From assembly GCA_034723415.1 (NCBI GenBank), contig JAYEOX010000075.1, positions 8,427 through 45,397 on the forward strand: 36,971 bases of DNA, written 5' to 3'. The stretch comes from Fidelibacterota bacterium. GTDB lineage: Bacteria; Fidelibacterota; Fidelibacteria; Fidelibacterales; Fidelibacteraceae. This document shows, piece after piece, positions 20,313 to 30,135 of this stretch (position 1 is its first letter; every line of letters begins with the position of its first letter). The position numbers and the translations under genes were made by a program. The notes beneath the pieces were generated by a model. The model was given only the letters and a program-made list of their open reading frames with translations. It did no database searches and had not been told where the DNA came from.

Positions 20313-20522
20313 ATGATTCAAGTTACGGTTCATGATAATGAAAATTTAGAAAGAGCTTTGAGAAGATTTAAAAAGAAGTTTGAGAAAGCAGGTATTATTA
20401 AAGATATACATAAAAATGCTTATTATATTAAACCAAGCCAAAATCGCAGAATAGCAAAAGCAAAAGCAATTCGCAGAATAAAAAGAATGGAACGATTAGA
20501 AAAATATGATAGAGATTTTTAG
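20313..20522 (+). CDS. rpsU: 30S ribosomal protein S21
   Basis: ENLERALRRFKKK..KAG and YYIKPS; SD GGAGGTG. Confidence 0.95.
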   Translation: MIQVTVHDNENLERALRRFKKKFEKAGIIKDIHKNAYYIKPSQNRRIAKAKAIRRIKRMERLEKYDRDF

Positions 20523-20544
20523 TATAGATCAATTTAACATTAAT

Positions 20545-20574
20545 AAAACATCCGGTTCTGCTGGATGTTTTTTT
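20545..20574 (+). terminator. Rho-independent terminator after rpsU
   Basis: AAAACATCCGG-ttctg-CTGGATGTTTT hairpin (one G-U pair) running into a U tract. Confidence 0.8.
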
Positions 20575-20600
20575 AATTTATTATTAAAAGCGAGATTTAT

Positions 20601-21959
20601 ATGTTGATCGAATCAATTTCAGGAATTAGAGGTGTTGTAGGAACCGGACTAACTCCAAAAAAAGTTATGAATTATGCGAGTGGGTTCGGTGAATGGGCTG
20701 AAAAAGGTAAGATAATTATTGGTAGAGATTCAAGACCTTCGGGAAAAGTTATTGCAGATCTTTTTTCAAATACGCTTTCTTGGATGGGCTTTGATGTAAT
20801 TGATATAGGTATTGTCCCAACCCCAACTGTTCAATTTATAACAGAAAAATTTCAAGCTGCAGGTGGCGTTGTTATTACTGCAAGTCATAATCCTTTTCCA
20901 TGGAATGGAATAAAATTTATTGCTCCAACAGGATTATTTTTAGATGCCGATCAGGTAGCAAAAGTGTTGAATTTTACGAAAAATAAAGAATTTAGTTTTA
21001 AGAAAAGCGGTGGATTTGGTAATATTTCAGAATATTCAGAAGCTATTGATGACCATATTAAAAATATTTTGGGAATTCCATATTTGGATATAGAAAAAAT
21101 TCGTTCCAAAAATTTTAAAGTTGTTATCGATGCAGTAAATGGTGGTGGTTCAATTGCATTACCAAAATTATTAAATGCATTTGGTTGTGAAATAATAAAA
21201 GTTAACTGTGTGCCTGACGGACATTTTCCACATCTTCCCGAACCTTTACCGGAAAATCTAACTGATTTATTAGAAAAAGTAAAAGAAAATAAGGCAGATA
21301 TTGGGATGGCTGTAGATCCCGATGCCGATAGATTAGCGATTGTAGATGAAAACGGAAAATATCTTTCGGAAGAATATACGTTAGTAATGTCATTAAAAAC
21401 AGTATTGGAAAAAAATACTAAAAGTAATCCTGTAATTGTTACGAATTTATCAACCACACTTGCTGTCGATAAAATTGCCGATCAATATAATGCAAAAGTA
21501 ATTAGAACAGCGATTGGTGAAATAAATGTATCAAAAAAAATGAAGGAAATAAACTCCCTAATCGGTGGAGAAGGAAACGGTGGAATTATTTTACCGGATT
21601 CTCATTTAGGTCGTGATTCATTGGTCGGAGCAGCATTGATCTTGCAATTTCTTGTCGATGGAGATGAAAAGTTAAGTGAAAAATATAAAAAGTTACCGCA
21701 ATTTAAAATGAGCAAGATGAAAGCTGAAGTCGGTAATAAATCTAAAGATAAAATTATTGAAAATTTAATAAATAAATACAAAAATGAAAATATTAATACA
21801 GTTGATGGAATAAAAATTATTTTTGAAAATAGTTGGGTTCATATCAGAAAATCAAATACAGAACCGATTCTAAGAGTATATAGCGAAGCAACTAAATTGG
21901 AAGAAGCTGTGGAATTGGGAAAAAGATTTGTAAAAAAAATTGATGAATTGTGTAGCTAA
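20601..21959 (+). CDS. glmM: Alpha-D-phosphohexomutase, GlmM-like (archaeal/FCB type)
   Basis: ITASHNP phosphoserine loop, DPDADR metal loop, GGEGNGG sugar loop, R.SNTEP..R; exact substrate uncertain. Confidence 0.75.
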   Translation: MLIESISGIRGVVGTGLTPKKVMNYASGFGEWAEKGKIIIGRDSRPSGKVIADLFSNTLSWMGFDVIDIGIVPTPTVQFITEKFQAAGGVVITASHNPFPWNGIKFIAPTGLFLDADQVAKVLNFTKNKEFSFKKSGGFGNISEYSEAIDDHIKNILGIPYLDIEKIRSKNFKVVIDAVNGGGSIALPKLLNAFGCEIIKVNCVPDGHFPHLPEPLPENLTDLLEKVKENKADIGMAVDPDADRLAIVDENGKYLSEEYTLVMSLKTVLEKNTKSNPVIVTNLSTTLAVDKIADQYNAKVIRTAIGEINVSKKMKEINSLIGGEGNGGIILPDSHLGRDSLVGAALILQFLVDGDEKLSEKYKKLPQFKMSKMKAEVGNKSKDKIIENLINKYKNENINTVDGIKIIFENSWVHIRKSNTEPILRVYSEATKLEEAVELGKRFVKKIDELCS

Positions 21960-22037
21960 TTTTCCGAAGTTTTTACATTGTTTCTTCCACGATAATTAAA
22001 ATATTTTCGTTCTTATAATTTTTAACTTCGGAAGTTT
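21958..22037. repeat. Inverted repeat (REP-like) between glmM and deoC
   Basis: TTCCGAAGTT (21962-21971) and its perfect reverse complement AACTTCGGAA (22024-22033), 52 nt apart. Confidence 0.6.
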
Positions 22038-22072
22038 ATAGAACAAAATAATTTTAAAATAAAGGACACAAA

Positions 22073-22729
22073 ATGAATAAAATTACAAAAGAAGAATTAG
22101 CAAAATATATTGATCATACATTATTAAAATCAGATGCTAAAACAAATGATATTAAAAAATTATGTGATGAAGCAGATAATTACAATTTTGCTTCTGTATG
22201 TATAAATCCTTATTATGTAAAATATTGTGCGGAAAAATTAAAAGATTCAAATGTGAAAGTATGCACAGTTATTGGATTTCCACTTGGAGCTAATACAACA
22301 GGAATAAAAAAAGCTGAAGTAGTCCAAGCAATAAAAGATGGTGCTGATGAATTAGATATGGTGATAAGTATTGGTTCTTTGAAATCAGGAGACCACGAAA
22401 ATGTTTTTCAAGATATTAAAACAGTTGTTGAAGCATCAGAAGGTAAATGTGTAAAAGTCATAATTGAAACATGTTTATTAACAGAATCTGAAAAAATAAA
22501 AGCATGTGAATTATCTAAGAAAGCCGGTGCGAATTTTGTTAAAACATCAACTGGATTTTCATCTAATGGAGCTACAATAGAAGATGTTAGATTAATGAAA
22601 AAAGTTGTTGGAGAAAAAATGAAAGTAAAGGCGTCCGGTGGTATTCATTCTTATGAAGAAGCGATTGCAATGATCGACGCTGGAGCGAGTAGATTAGGTG
22701 CATCAGCAGGTGTAAAAATTGTTTCGTAA
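22073..22729 (+). CDS. deoC: Deoxyribose-phosphate aldolase
   Basis: [32 protein letters not shown] (Schiff-base Lys), VKASGGI, RLGAS. Confidence 0.97.
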   Translation: MNKITKEELAKYIDHTLLKSDAKTNDIKKLCDEADNYNFASVCINPYYVKYCAEKLKDSNVKVCTVIGFPLGANTTGIKKAEVVQAIKDGADELDMVISIGSLKSGDHENVFQDIKTVVEASEGKCVKVIIETCLLTESEKIKACELSKKAGANFVKTSTGFSSNGATIEDVRLMKKVVGEKMKVKASGGIHSYEEAIAMIDAGASRLGASAGVKIVS

Positions 22730-22944
22730 AGAAGAAAATCCATACAAAAAAGCGTCAAGATTCTGCATAAAGAAACAAGTAAGGGATTATTTAAATTAGG
22801 ATCAAAAGGAATTTAACTTTTCAAAACATCAACCTACTCGAAGCAGGTGGCAATAATATGAAACAATTTTCTCATACAAGCACATACAGAAACTATCTTT
22901 GATTTTTCTCTACTGATAAGTTTTTTATAAAAAGGAGCAATAAT

Positions 22945-24360
22945 ATGAATTCAATTACAATCGGATTATTTATTTATTTGTTTATAGTATTGTTTGTTGG
23001 TTACAAAGCATTCAGAAAAAACAAGACACATGCGGATTTTTTATTAGCTGATAGAAAGATCGGTGCTTGGGCTCTTTCATTATCTGAACGTGCAAGTGGA
23101 GAATCAGCTTGGCTTTTAGTTGGATTGCCGGGAGCGGTTTTAGCAGTTGGTTATTTGGAAATATGGTCTGTTGTTGGTTGTCTGCTTGGAATATTTTTCG
23201 CTTGGCTATTTATTGCTATTCCGTTAAGAGAACTTGCAGGAAAATATAATTCATTGACTTTGCCGGATTTATTTACTAATTATTTCGATGATAAAGGAAA
23301 TTCTATAAGAATAATCGCATCTTTGATAATTACTTTCTTTTTTACATTCTATGTTGCTGCTCAATTTAGCGGAGCAGGTAAAGTATTAAATGTTACTTTC
23401 GGAATATCTCAACTTCAAGGAATGATCATTGGTGCAGGAATTATTTTGATCTATACACTTTTAGGTGGATTTTTTGCAGTTGTTTGGACAGATGTTGTGC
23501 AGGCGATTTTAATGTTTGCTACTTTAGTGATCTTACCAATTGTTGGATTTATAGAATTGAATAGTATGCCGGCGAATGAAATTCATTCATTAACTCCAAA
23601 TCTTCAATCTTTTGTTGGAAATAAAGTTGGTATTTTTGCTGTTTTAGGAATTATTAGTGGATTAAGTTGGGGGTTGGGATATACCGGACAGCCGCATTTA
23701 TTAATTAGATATATGGCGATCAACAGATCATCACAATTAAAAATCGGTAGAAAAATCGCATTTTCTTGGGCTGTGCCTGCTTTTTTTGGAGCTTTCTTTT
23801 TAGGAATTGTTGGCCTGAAATTATATGGTGCAGAGAAATTCGTTGATCCGGAAAAACTTATGCCTTTTATGGCAACTCATTTATTACCAACTTGGTTTGC
23901 CGGAATATTGATCTCCGGTGCAATTGCCGCAATGATGTCCACCGCAGATTCACAATTGTTGGTAACAACTTCTGCAATAAGTGAAGATATTTATCATAAA
24001 ATCGGTAAGAAAAAAGTTACACCGGAAAGAATGCTTTTAATCAGTAGAGTTGCCACGATAATTATCGGAATTATTGCTTTTCTTTTGGCTTATAAATCAC
24101 AAGATATGGTTTTTGCAATGGTATCTTATGCTTGGTCCGGGTTGGGCGCAAGCTTTGGACCGGTTTTATTATTAATGCTTTATTGGAAAAAAATTACTAA
24201 ACAAGGAGCAATTGCAGGAATGCTTACCGGTGCATTTACAACTGTCGTTTGGAAGAATATTTCTTTTTTAAATGATCTTATCTCAGTTAGATTTATAAGT
24301 TTTGCTTTAGCTCTGTTAACAATTATTATTGTTAGTATTTTGACAAGAAAGGAAAAGTGA
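22945..24360 (+). CDS. putP: Sodium:solute symporter, PutP (Na+/proline) type
   Basis: Many TM helices; S..AS.ESAWL..GLPG, GG..AV.WTD..Q, LGY.GQPH..RYMA, AAMMSTADSQLL, YAW.GLGASFGP. Confidence 0.85.
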   Translation: MNSITIGLFIYLFIVLFVGYKAFRKNKTHADFLLADRKIGAWALSLSERASGESAWLLVGLPGAVLAVGYLEIWSVVGCLLGIFFAWLFIAIPLRELAGKYNSLTLPDLFTNYFDDKGNSIRIIASLIITFFFTFYVAAQFSGAGKVLNVTFGISQLQGMIIGAGIILIYTLLGGFFAVVWTDVVQAILMFATLVILPIVGFIELNSMPANEIHSLTPNLQSFVGNKVGIFAVLGIISGLSWGLGYTGQPHLLIRYMAINRSSQLKIGRKIAFSWAVPAFFGAFFLGIVGLKLYGAEKFVDPEKLMPFMATHLLPTWFAGILISGAIAAMMSTADSQLLVTTSAISEDIYHKIGKKKVTPERMLLISRVATIIIGIIAFLLAYKSQDMVFAMVSYAWSGLGASFGPVLLLMLYWKKITKQGAIAGMLTGAFTTVVWKNISFLNDLISVRFISFALALLTIIIVSILTRKEK

Positions 24361-24505
24361 ACCCGGTGAAATATATATTCGGCCACAATTAAATAATTTT
24401 ACAAATTTAATATGGTAAACATTTACAGAACAAGAAAGGGAAAAAGTATAGAGCGAGTAGGAGAAAATGCGATTGTGTGATTTAAAGAATTGGAAAATGA
24501 TTGTG

Positions 24506-24719
24506 CTTTACCGCAAAGGCGGAGAGACGCAGAGGAAAATAGACAAAAGAAAGATTAACCACAAGAAACACCCTGACATACTTCGCTATAGGGCAGGCAA
24601 AGGAATTCATAAAGGCCACAAGAAAATAATTAATGAATATGAAAAATTAAATAGAATTTAGAAAACCAATCTAAACTTCTTCTTTTCGTCTTTTTTCTCT
24701 CTGCGGACTTTGCGTGAAA
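24506..24719. repeat. Cluster of nonamer-periodic repeats in inverted orientation with a nested REP-like hairpin
   Basis: 24506-24535 matches the reverse complement of 36931-36960 at 23/30 positions; an oppositely oriented copy lies at 24697-24719; CCCT...AGGGCAGGC at 24571-24598. Confidence 0.6.
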
Positions 24720-24831
24720 TCTTTACATGAAATCTTTCAAAAAAAACGCTCAATAAAAATGTTAACCGTTTTCTTTTATTGATTAATTTATAAATAATTT
24801 TTATAATTGAATTTAAATTTAAATAGATCTG

Positions 24832-24863
24832 TTTGTTTTTGAAAAATAATATTGTTAAATTTA
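24832..24863 (+). promoter_or_regulatory. Putative promoter of the GS-family gene (TTGTTT-N17-TAAATT, with TGn extension)
   Basis: TTTG 24832-24835, 20-nt spacer, TAAATTTA 24856-24863. Confidence 0.45.
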
Positions 24864-24930
24864 AACAAATTATTGATGTAACATTGATCTGTCTATTTTG
24901 CATCTGATCAAATAAAAAAAGGAGTAACAA

Positions 24931-26322
24931 ATGGAATTGAGTATTGCTTTTAAACAAAACAAACAACCAAAAGATTTACAAAGAAGTGACATATTGGAAT
25001 ATATTCAAAAAAATGATATTGATACAATATATTTTCAGTATATTGATTTGGAAGGAGAGATTCGCGAATTGGTAATTCCGATTAATTCTATTAAATATGC
25101 GCGTCGAATTCTTGCTTCCGGTGAACGAATTGACGGCAGCAGTGTTTTTAAACAAATTATTCCAACAGACGGATCTGATCTTTACATTATCCCCAATTAT
25201 TCAACAGCTTATAAAAATCCGTTTGATGAAAATTCAATAAATATTATTTGTAATTTTGTAGATAAACATGAAAAACGAGCTGAATTTACACCGAATAATG
25301 TTTTAATAAATGCTGCCAATATGATAAAAGAAAACCATGATCTTGAATTATGGGCATTAGGTGAGTTGGAATTTTATTTAATTGGTGAATATGAAAATAG
25401 CTCATTCAATTTACAAGCTCAAAACGGATATCATCAAACTACACCTTTTCTTAAATATCGTTCAGCAGCAAATGAAATTGCAAAAGTTGTTAGTCAAATT
25501 ACCGGAAATGTAAAATATACTCACAGTGAAGTTGGATATATTCCAAAGATTGAAAAACCGAATTCAAAATGGAATGGAAAACATGCGGAACAATATGAAG
25601 TCGAATTTTTACCGGCACCAATAGAAATCGCCGGATTAAATGTTGCAATTGCAAAATGGGTAGCAAGAAATATTGCCGCGAAATATAAGCTCGGTATTAG
25701 TATTGAACCTAAATTACAGGATGGTCATGCGGGTAATGGACTTCATTTTCATTTAGAACTTTTGAAGAACAAAAATAATATAATGCGTAATGAAAATGGA
25801 GAATTATCAGATGAATCGCTTGCAATAATTGCTGCATTATGTGAATATGCTTCATCATTAACAGCAATGGGAAATAGAGTTGAGTCTTCTTATGAAAGAT
25901 TGAACTCAGGACAGGAAACACCATCAACTGCATATTGGAATGAATTAGACAGAAATGCATTGATAAGAATTCCACTTGCTTGGAAAAATGGTGAAGATAT
26001 GGCTTCAATAATAAATGAAAATAATAGAGAATCATTTCATTCTCCATTTAAAAAACAAACGGTAGAATTGCGTAGTGCTGATGGTTCTGCTAATCATTTT
26101 TTTCTATTAGTTGGAATCTGTCAAGCAATAAATGTAGGATTAAATGATTTGGAAAATTATAAACAAAAAGCAAAACAATATTCAAATCCAGATCATAAAC
26201 TTTTAGAACAATTACCAAAAAATAGAGAAGAAGCAAGTGAATTATTTGATAAAAACAGAGATAGATATTCCGATGTGTTTTCCGAAGAAATTATAGAATA
26301 TATAATTAATTTTTTGAGATAG
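24931..26322 (+). CDS. glnA: Glutamine synthetase family protein (type I-like)
   Basis: DGSS, GELEFY, HSEVG, EQYEVEF, GNGLHFH, SYERL, R.ALIRIP and VELRS.DG catalytic/metal motifs. Confidence 0.8.
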   Translation: MELSIAFKQNKQPKDLQRSDILEYIQKNDIDTIYFQYIDLEGEIRELVIPINSIKYARRILASGERIDGSSVFKQIIPTDGSDLYIIPNYSTAYKNPFDENSINIICNFVDKHEKRAEFTPNNVLINAANMIKENHDLELWALGELEFYLIGEYENSSFNLQAQNGYHQTTPFLKYRSAANEIAKVVSQITGNVKYTHSEVGYIPKIEKPNSKWNGKHAEQYEVEFLPAPIEIAGLNVAIAKWVARNIAAKYKLGISIEPKLQDGHAGNGLHFHLELLKNKNNIMRNENGELSDESLAIIAALCEYASSLTAMGNRVESSYERLNSGQETPSTAYWNELDRNALIRIPLAWKNGEDMASIINENNRESFHSPFKKQTVELRSADGSANHFFLLVGICQAINVGLNDLENYKQKAKQYSNPDHKLLEQLPKNREEASELFDKNRDRYSDVFSEEIIEYIINFLR

Positions 26323-26324
26323 AA

Positions 26325-26369
26325 AAACATCTATTATTTGTTGTTAATTATCAAATTAAATAGATGTTT
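26325..26369 (+). terminator. Stem-loop downstream of glnA (possible terminator)
   Basis: AAACATCTATT (26325-26335) pairs with AATAGATGTTT (26359-26369); inner ATTTG/CAAAT stem. Confidence 0.45.
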
Positions 26370-26415
26370 AATACTTGGATATTTTGTAGAAGTAAAAAAG
26401 AACTTTAAAAAATGT

Positions 26416-26446
26416 TTTGACATTCATTTTAAAGATATTATATTTG
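26416..26446 (+). promoter_or_regulatory. Putative promoter of the suc-fum-hdr-tfr operon
   Basis: TTGACA (26417-26422)-N16-TATATT (26439-26444); also reads as TTTG-N19-TATATTTG. Confidence 0.6.
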
Positions 26447-26545
26447 AAGTCGTGATGAATAGAAAAAAAATAACAAAGAATAAATTATTGGATTATAATT
26501 TGATATAGATTTTAACTAATTATTAATTAAAATTGGGATGTTAAT

Positions 26546-27718
26546 TTGAATATTCATGAGTATCAGGCGAAAAGTATTTTAAGTAAATATGGTGTTGCAA
26601 CATTAGGTGGAAAAGTAGCTTCTACTTCATCTGAGGCAAGAAAAATTGCAGAAGATATCGGTGGTAATATGTGGGTTGTAAAAGCTCAAATTCATGCCGG
26701 TGGAAGAGGGAAAGGTGGTGGAGTAAAATTTGCCAAATCTCTTGATGAAGTCGAGAAACATGCAAAAGATATTCTCGGAATGAATCTTGTTACACATCAG
26801 ACAGGTAGCGAAGGAAAACTTGTTAAAAAAGTATTAATCGTTGAAGCAGGAGATATCAAGCAAGAATTCTATTTAGGAATTGTTCTTGATAGAGAAAAAG
26901 AAATTCCTGTGATGATGGCCTCAACGGAAGGTGGAGTTGAGATTGAAAAAGTTGCAGAAAAGACACCTGAAAAGATAATAAAAATAGAGATAGATCCATT
27001 AGTTGGATTGCAAGGTTTTCAAGCAAGATTATTGGGATTTAAATTAGGCTTTAAGGGCGAACAGATTAAGCATTTTTATAAACTTGCAATGTCACTTTAT
27101 AAAGCATATTATGAAAGTGATTCAAGTTTGGTTGAGATAAATCCTATGGCACTTTTGGATGATGGTTCAATAACTGCACTAGATGCTAAGATGGGTTTTG
27201 ATTCTAATGCTCTATTTCGTCACAAAGATATTCTTGAGATGAGAGATTTTGATGAAGAAGATCCTGTGGAAGTTGAAGCAAGCGAATATGGATTGAGTTA
27301 TGTTAATCTAGATGGAAATGTTGGTTGTATGGTAAATGGTGCAGGTCTTGCAATGTCAACAATGGATATTATCAAACACGAAGGTGGTGAGCCGGCAAAC
27401 TTTTTGGATGTAGGCGGAAAAGCAAATGCTGAAACAGTCGCAAAAGGTTTTGAAATTATTCTAAAAGATAAAAATGTAAAATCGATTTTTATAAATATTT
27501 TCGGTGGAATTGTTCGTTGTGATAGAATTGCAAAAGGAATTATAAAAGCAACTAAAGATAATTCAATTGATGTTCCGATTATTGTTCGTCTTGATGGAAC
27601 AAATGCTGAAGAGGCGATTGAGATATTGAATAAATCTGATATCGATATGCTAATTTCTGCTACTGATTTGTCTGATGGTGCGAAAAAATCCGTAAAATAT
27701 GCAAAGGGAAATATATAA
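26546..27718 (+). CDS. sucC: Succinyl-CoA synthetase beta subunit
   Basis: [55 protein letters not shown] start. Confidence 0.97.
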   Translation: MNIHEYQAKSILSKYGVATLGGKVASTSSEARKIAEDIGGNMWVVKAQIHAGGRGKGGGVKFAKSLDEVEKHAKDILGMNLVTHQTGSEGKLVKKVLIVEAGDIKQEFYLGIVLDREKEIPVMMASTEGGVEIEKVAEKTPEKIIKIEIDPLVGLQGFQARLLGFKLGFKGEQIKHFYKLAMSLYKAYYESDSSLVEINPMALLDDGSITALDAKMGFDSNALFRHKDILEMRDFDEEDPVEVEASEYGLSYVNLDGNVGCMVNGAGLAMSTMDIIKHEGGEPANFLDVGGKANAETVAKGFEIILKDKNVKSIFINIFGGIVRCDRIAKGIIKATKDNSIDVPIIVRLDGTNAEEAIEILNKSDIDMLISATDLSDGAKKSVKYAKGNI

Positions 27719-28588
27719 ATGAGTATTTTAGTAAATAAAAATTCAAGAGTAGTTGTACAAGGATTCACAGGAAAAGAGGGAACTTTTCATGCAGAGCAGT
27801 GCATTGATTACGGCACAAATGTTGTTGCTGGAGTTACACCGGGAAAAGGTGGAATTAAACATCTTGGGGTTCCGGTTTTTGATACGGTAAAAGATGCAGT
27901 TGAAGAACAGAAAGCAAATGTGTCATTGATATTTGTTCCTCCAGCATTTTCTGCTGATGCAATTATGGAAGCATCGGATGCAGGGATTGAACTTGTAGTT
28001 TGTATTACCGAAGGAATTCCAACAAAAGATATGATGATTGTAAAAAAATATCTGAAAAAAAATAATACAAAATTACTCGGACCAAATTGCCCGGGAGTTA
28101 TCACACCAAAAGAGGCAAAAATTGGAATTATGCCGGGATTTGTTTTTAAAAAAGGAAAAGTCGGATTGATTTCAAAATCAGGAACATTGACTTATGAGGC
28201 TGCTAATCAGGTTGTAAAAGCTGGATATGGAATTTCAACAGGAATTGGAATCGGTGGTGATCCGATAATTGGATACTCTTTTATTGAGTTATTAGAATTA
28301 TTTGAAGCTGATGATGAGACAGATGCAATTGTAATGATAGGTGAAATCGGTGGTGATTTAGAAATTCAAGCTGCAGAATATATAAAAGAGAATGTTACAA
28401 AACCAGTAGTTGCATTTATTGCAGGACAGACAGCTCCGAAAGGAAAAAGAATGGGACATGCAGGTGCGATTATTGCCGGAAGTAAAGGAACTGCTAAAGA
28501 GAAGATTGAAGCATTGAAAAAAGCTGGTGTAGAAGTTGCAGAAACGGCAGCGATGATTGGTGATACAATAAAAAAAGTATTGGAATAA
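27719..28588 (+). CDS. sucD: Succinyl-CoA synthetase alpha subunit
   Basis: [40 protein letters not shown] (phospho-His). Confidence 0.97.
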   Translation: MSILVNKNSRVVVQGFTGKEGTFHAEQCIDYGTNVVAGVTPGKGGIKHLGVPVFDTVKDAVEEQKANVSLIFVPPAFSADAIMEASDAGIELVVCITEGIPTKDMMIVKKYLKKNNTKLLGPNCPGVITPKEAKIGIMPGFVFKKGKVGLISKSGTLTYEAANQVVKAGYGISTGIGIGGDPIIGYSFIELLELFEADDETDAIVMIGEIGGDLEIQAAEYIKENVTKPVVAFIAGQTAPKGKRMGHAGAIIAGSKGTAKEKIEALKKAGVEVAETAAMIGDTIKKVLE

Positions 28589-28600
28589 TAGGAGGTAAAA

Positions 28601-29446
28601 ATGCGTAAAATTCAAGTAAAGAAAATTACTGAAATAATTAAAAAACTTTCAATGGAAGCATCTACGATTGCTAACGATCAACTTATCAATAAATTAAAAG
28701 AGTCGGAAAAAATAGAAGAATCATCTGTTGGTAAAGCTGTTTTAAAGCAATTATTGGAAAATATTGAAATCAGTAAAACTGATAAGACACCAATTTGTCA
28801 AGATACAGGTTTTACTGTAGTATTTATGGATATTGGACAAGATATAAGTTTTGTTGGTGGCTCATTGCAAGATGCTGTAAATAAAGGAGTTGGTGAAGGG
28901 TATACTGAAGGATATTTGAGGAAATCCATAATAAAAGATCCGATAACAAATCCTAAAAATACTGGTGATAATACTCCGGCAATTTTACATACCAATATTG
29001 TTTCCGGAGATAAAGTGGAAATCACACTGTTGCCAAAAGGTGGCGGTGCAGAAAATATGAGTAGAATTAAAATGATGAAACCGGCAGATGGGATTGAAGG
29101 AATAAAGAATTTTGTAATTGAGACGGTGAAAAATGCAGGTGGAAATCCTTGTCCGCCAACGGTGATTGGGGTTGGAATCGGTGGAACTTTTGATTATGTC
29201 GCGTATTTGGCAAAAAAAGCAATTTTGAGAGATTTCGGCGATAGAAATAAGGATAAACAGATTGCAAAATATGAAACTGAATGGTTAGAGGAAATTAATA
29301 AACTTGGAATTGGACCTGCCGGACTTGGCGGAAAAATAACTTCTTTGGATTTATTTATTGAAGTATTTCCTCGTCATATTGCAACATATCCGGTAGCAAT
29401 AAATATTCAATGTAATGCAAATAGAAAGAAAAGTTTTGTTTTGTAG
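28601..29446 (+). CDS. Class I Fe-S fumarate hydratase, alpha subunit (TtdA/FumA-type)
   Basis: [57 protein letters not shown]. Confidence 0.9.
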   Translation: MRKIQVKKITEIIKKLSMEASTIANDQLINKLKESEKIEESSVGKAVLKQLLENIEISKTDKTPICQDTGFTVVFMDIGQDISFVGGSLQDAVNKGVGEGYTEGYLRKSIIKDPITNPKNTGDNTPAILHTNIVSGDKVEITLLPKGGGAENMSRIKMMKPADGIEGIKNFVIETVKNAGGNPCPPTVIGVGIGGTFDYVAYLAKKAILRDFGDRNKDKQIAKYETEWLEEINKLGIGPAGLGGKITSLDLFIEVFPRHIATYPVAINIQCNANRKKSFVL

Positions 29447-29543
29447 ATTGAAAATTTTAGAAGATGAATTGCAATATAATAAAATATTGTTTAACATTGT
29501 TGATAAATATATAAAAATATAGCGGTTTAAAAAGGAGATATAA

Positions 29544-30095
29544 ATGAGTATTAAATTAACAGCACCATTAACGGAAGATAAAATTAAAGATTTAAAAATT
29601 GGTGATGAAATTTTATTATCAGGAACGATTTATACGGCTCGTGATTCTGCTCACCAAAAATTAGTAGATCTATTGAAAGAAAAAAAGGAATTACCGTTTG
29701 ATCCTGTTGGGAGTGTAATATTTTATGTTGGTCCTTCGCCAGCTCAGCCGGGACAAGCAATTGGAGCAGCAGGACCAACAACAAGTTACAGAATGGATCC
29801 ATTTGCTAATAAAATGATGGAAGTTGGAGTTAAAGGAATGATTGGAAAAGGTGCTCGTTCACAAGAAGTTATTGATGGAATGAAGAAATATTGTGGAGTA
29901 TATTTCGGAGCAACAGGTGGAGCCGCTGCACTTCTCTCAAAATCAGTTTTGGAAGCAGAAGTAATTGCATTTGATGAATTAGGCCCGGAAGCAGTAAGGA
30001 AATTAAAAGTAAAAGATATGCCTTTAATAGTAATTAATGATTGTTATGGAAATGATCTTTATATTGAAGGTAAAAAAAAATGGGAAGAGAAGTAA
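29544..30095 (+). CDS. Class I Fe-S fumarate hydratase, beta subunit (TtdB/FumB-type)
   Basis: G.IYTARD.AH, YVGP, GPTTSYRMD, MIGKG, GGAAAL, LGPEA. Confidence 0.9.
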   Translation: MSIKLTAPLTEDKIKDLKIGDEILLSGTIYTARDSAHQKLVDLLKEKKELPFDPVGSVIFYVGPSPAQPGQAIGAAGPTTSYRMDPFANKMMEVGVKGMIGKGARSQEVIDGMKKYCGVYFGATGGAAALLSKSVLEAEVIAFDELGPEAVRKLKVKDMPLIVINDCYGNDLYIEGKKKWEEK

Positions 30096-30135
30096 AATTA
30101 TATAATTTGTTTTAATTTTAGGAGATTTACTGAAT

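Noticed and set aside
22730..22944. Riboswitch or T-box in the putP leader
   Set aside because: No recognisable aptamer or T-box motif; only a weak CCT...AGG hairpin near 22833-22848
24361..24930. CRISPR array
   Set aside because: No identical direct repeats with regular unique spacers and no cas genes
24467..24966. Small ORFs 24467-24661 (+) and 24658-24966 (-) as real genes
   Set aside because: They translate repeat and low-complexity intergenic DNA and show no recognisable domain
28601..30095. L-tartrate dehydratase TtdAB
   Set aside because: Same family and not excluded by sequence alone, but the succinate/fumarate context favours fumarase
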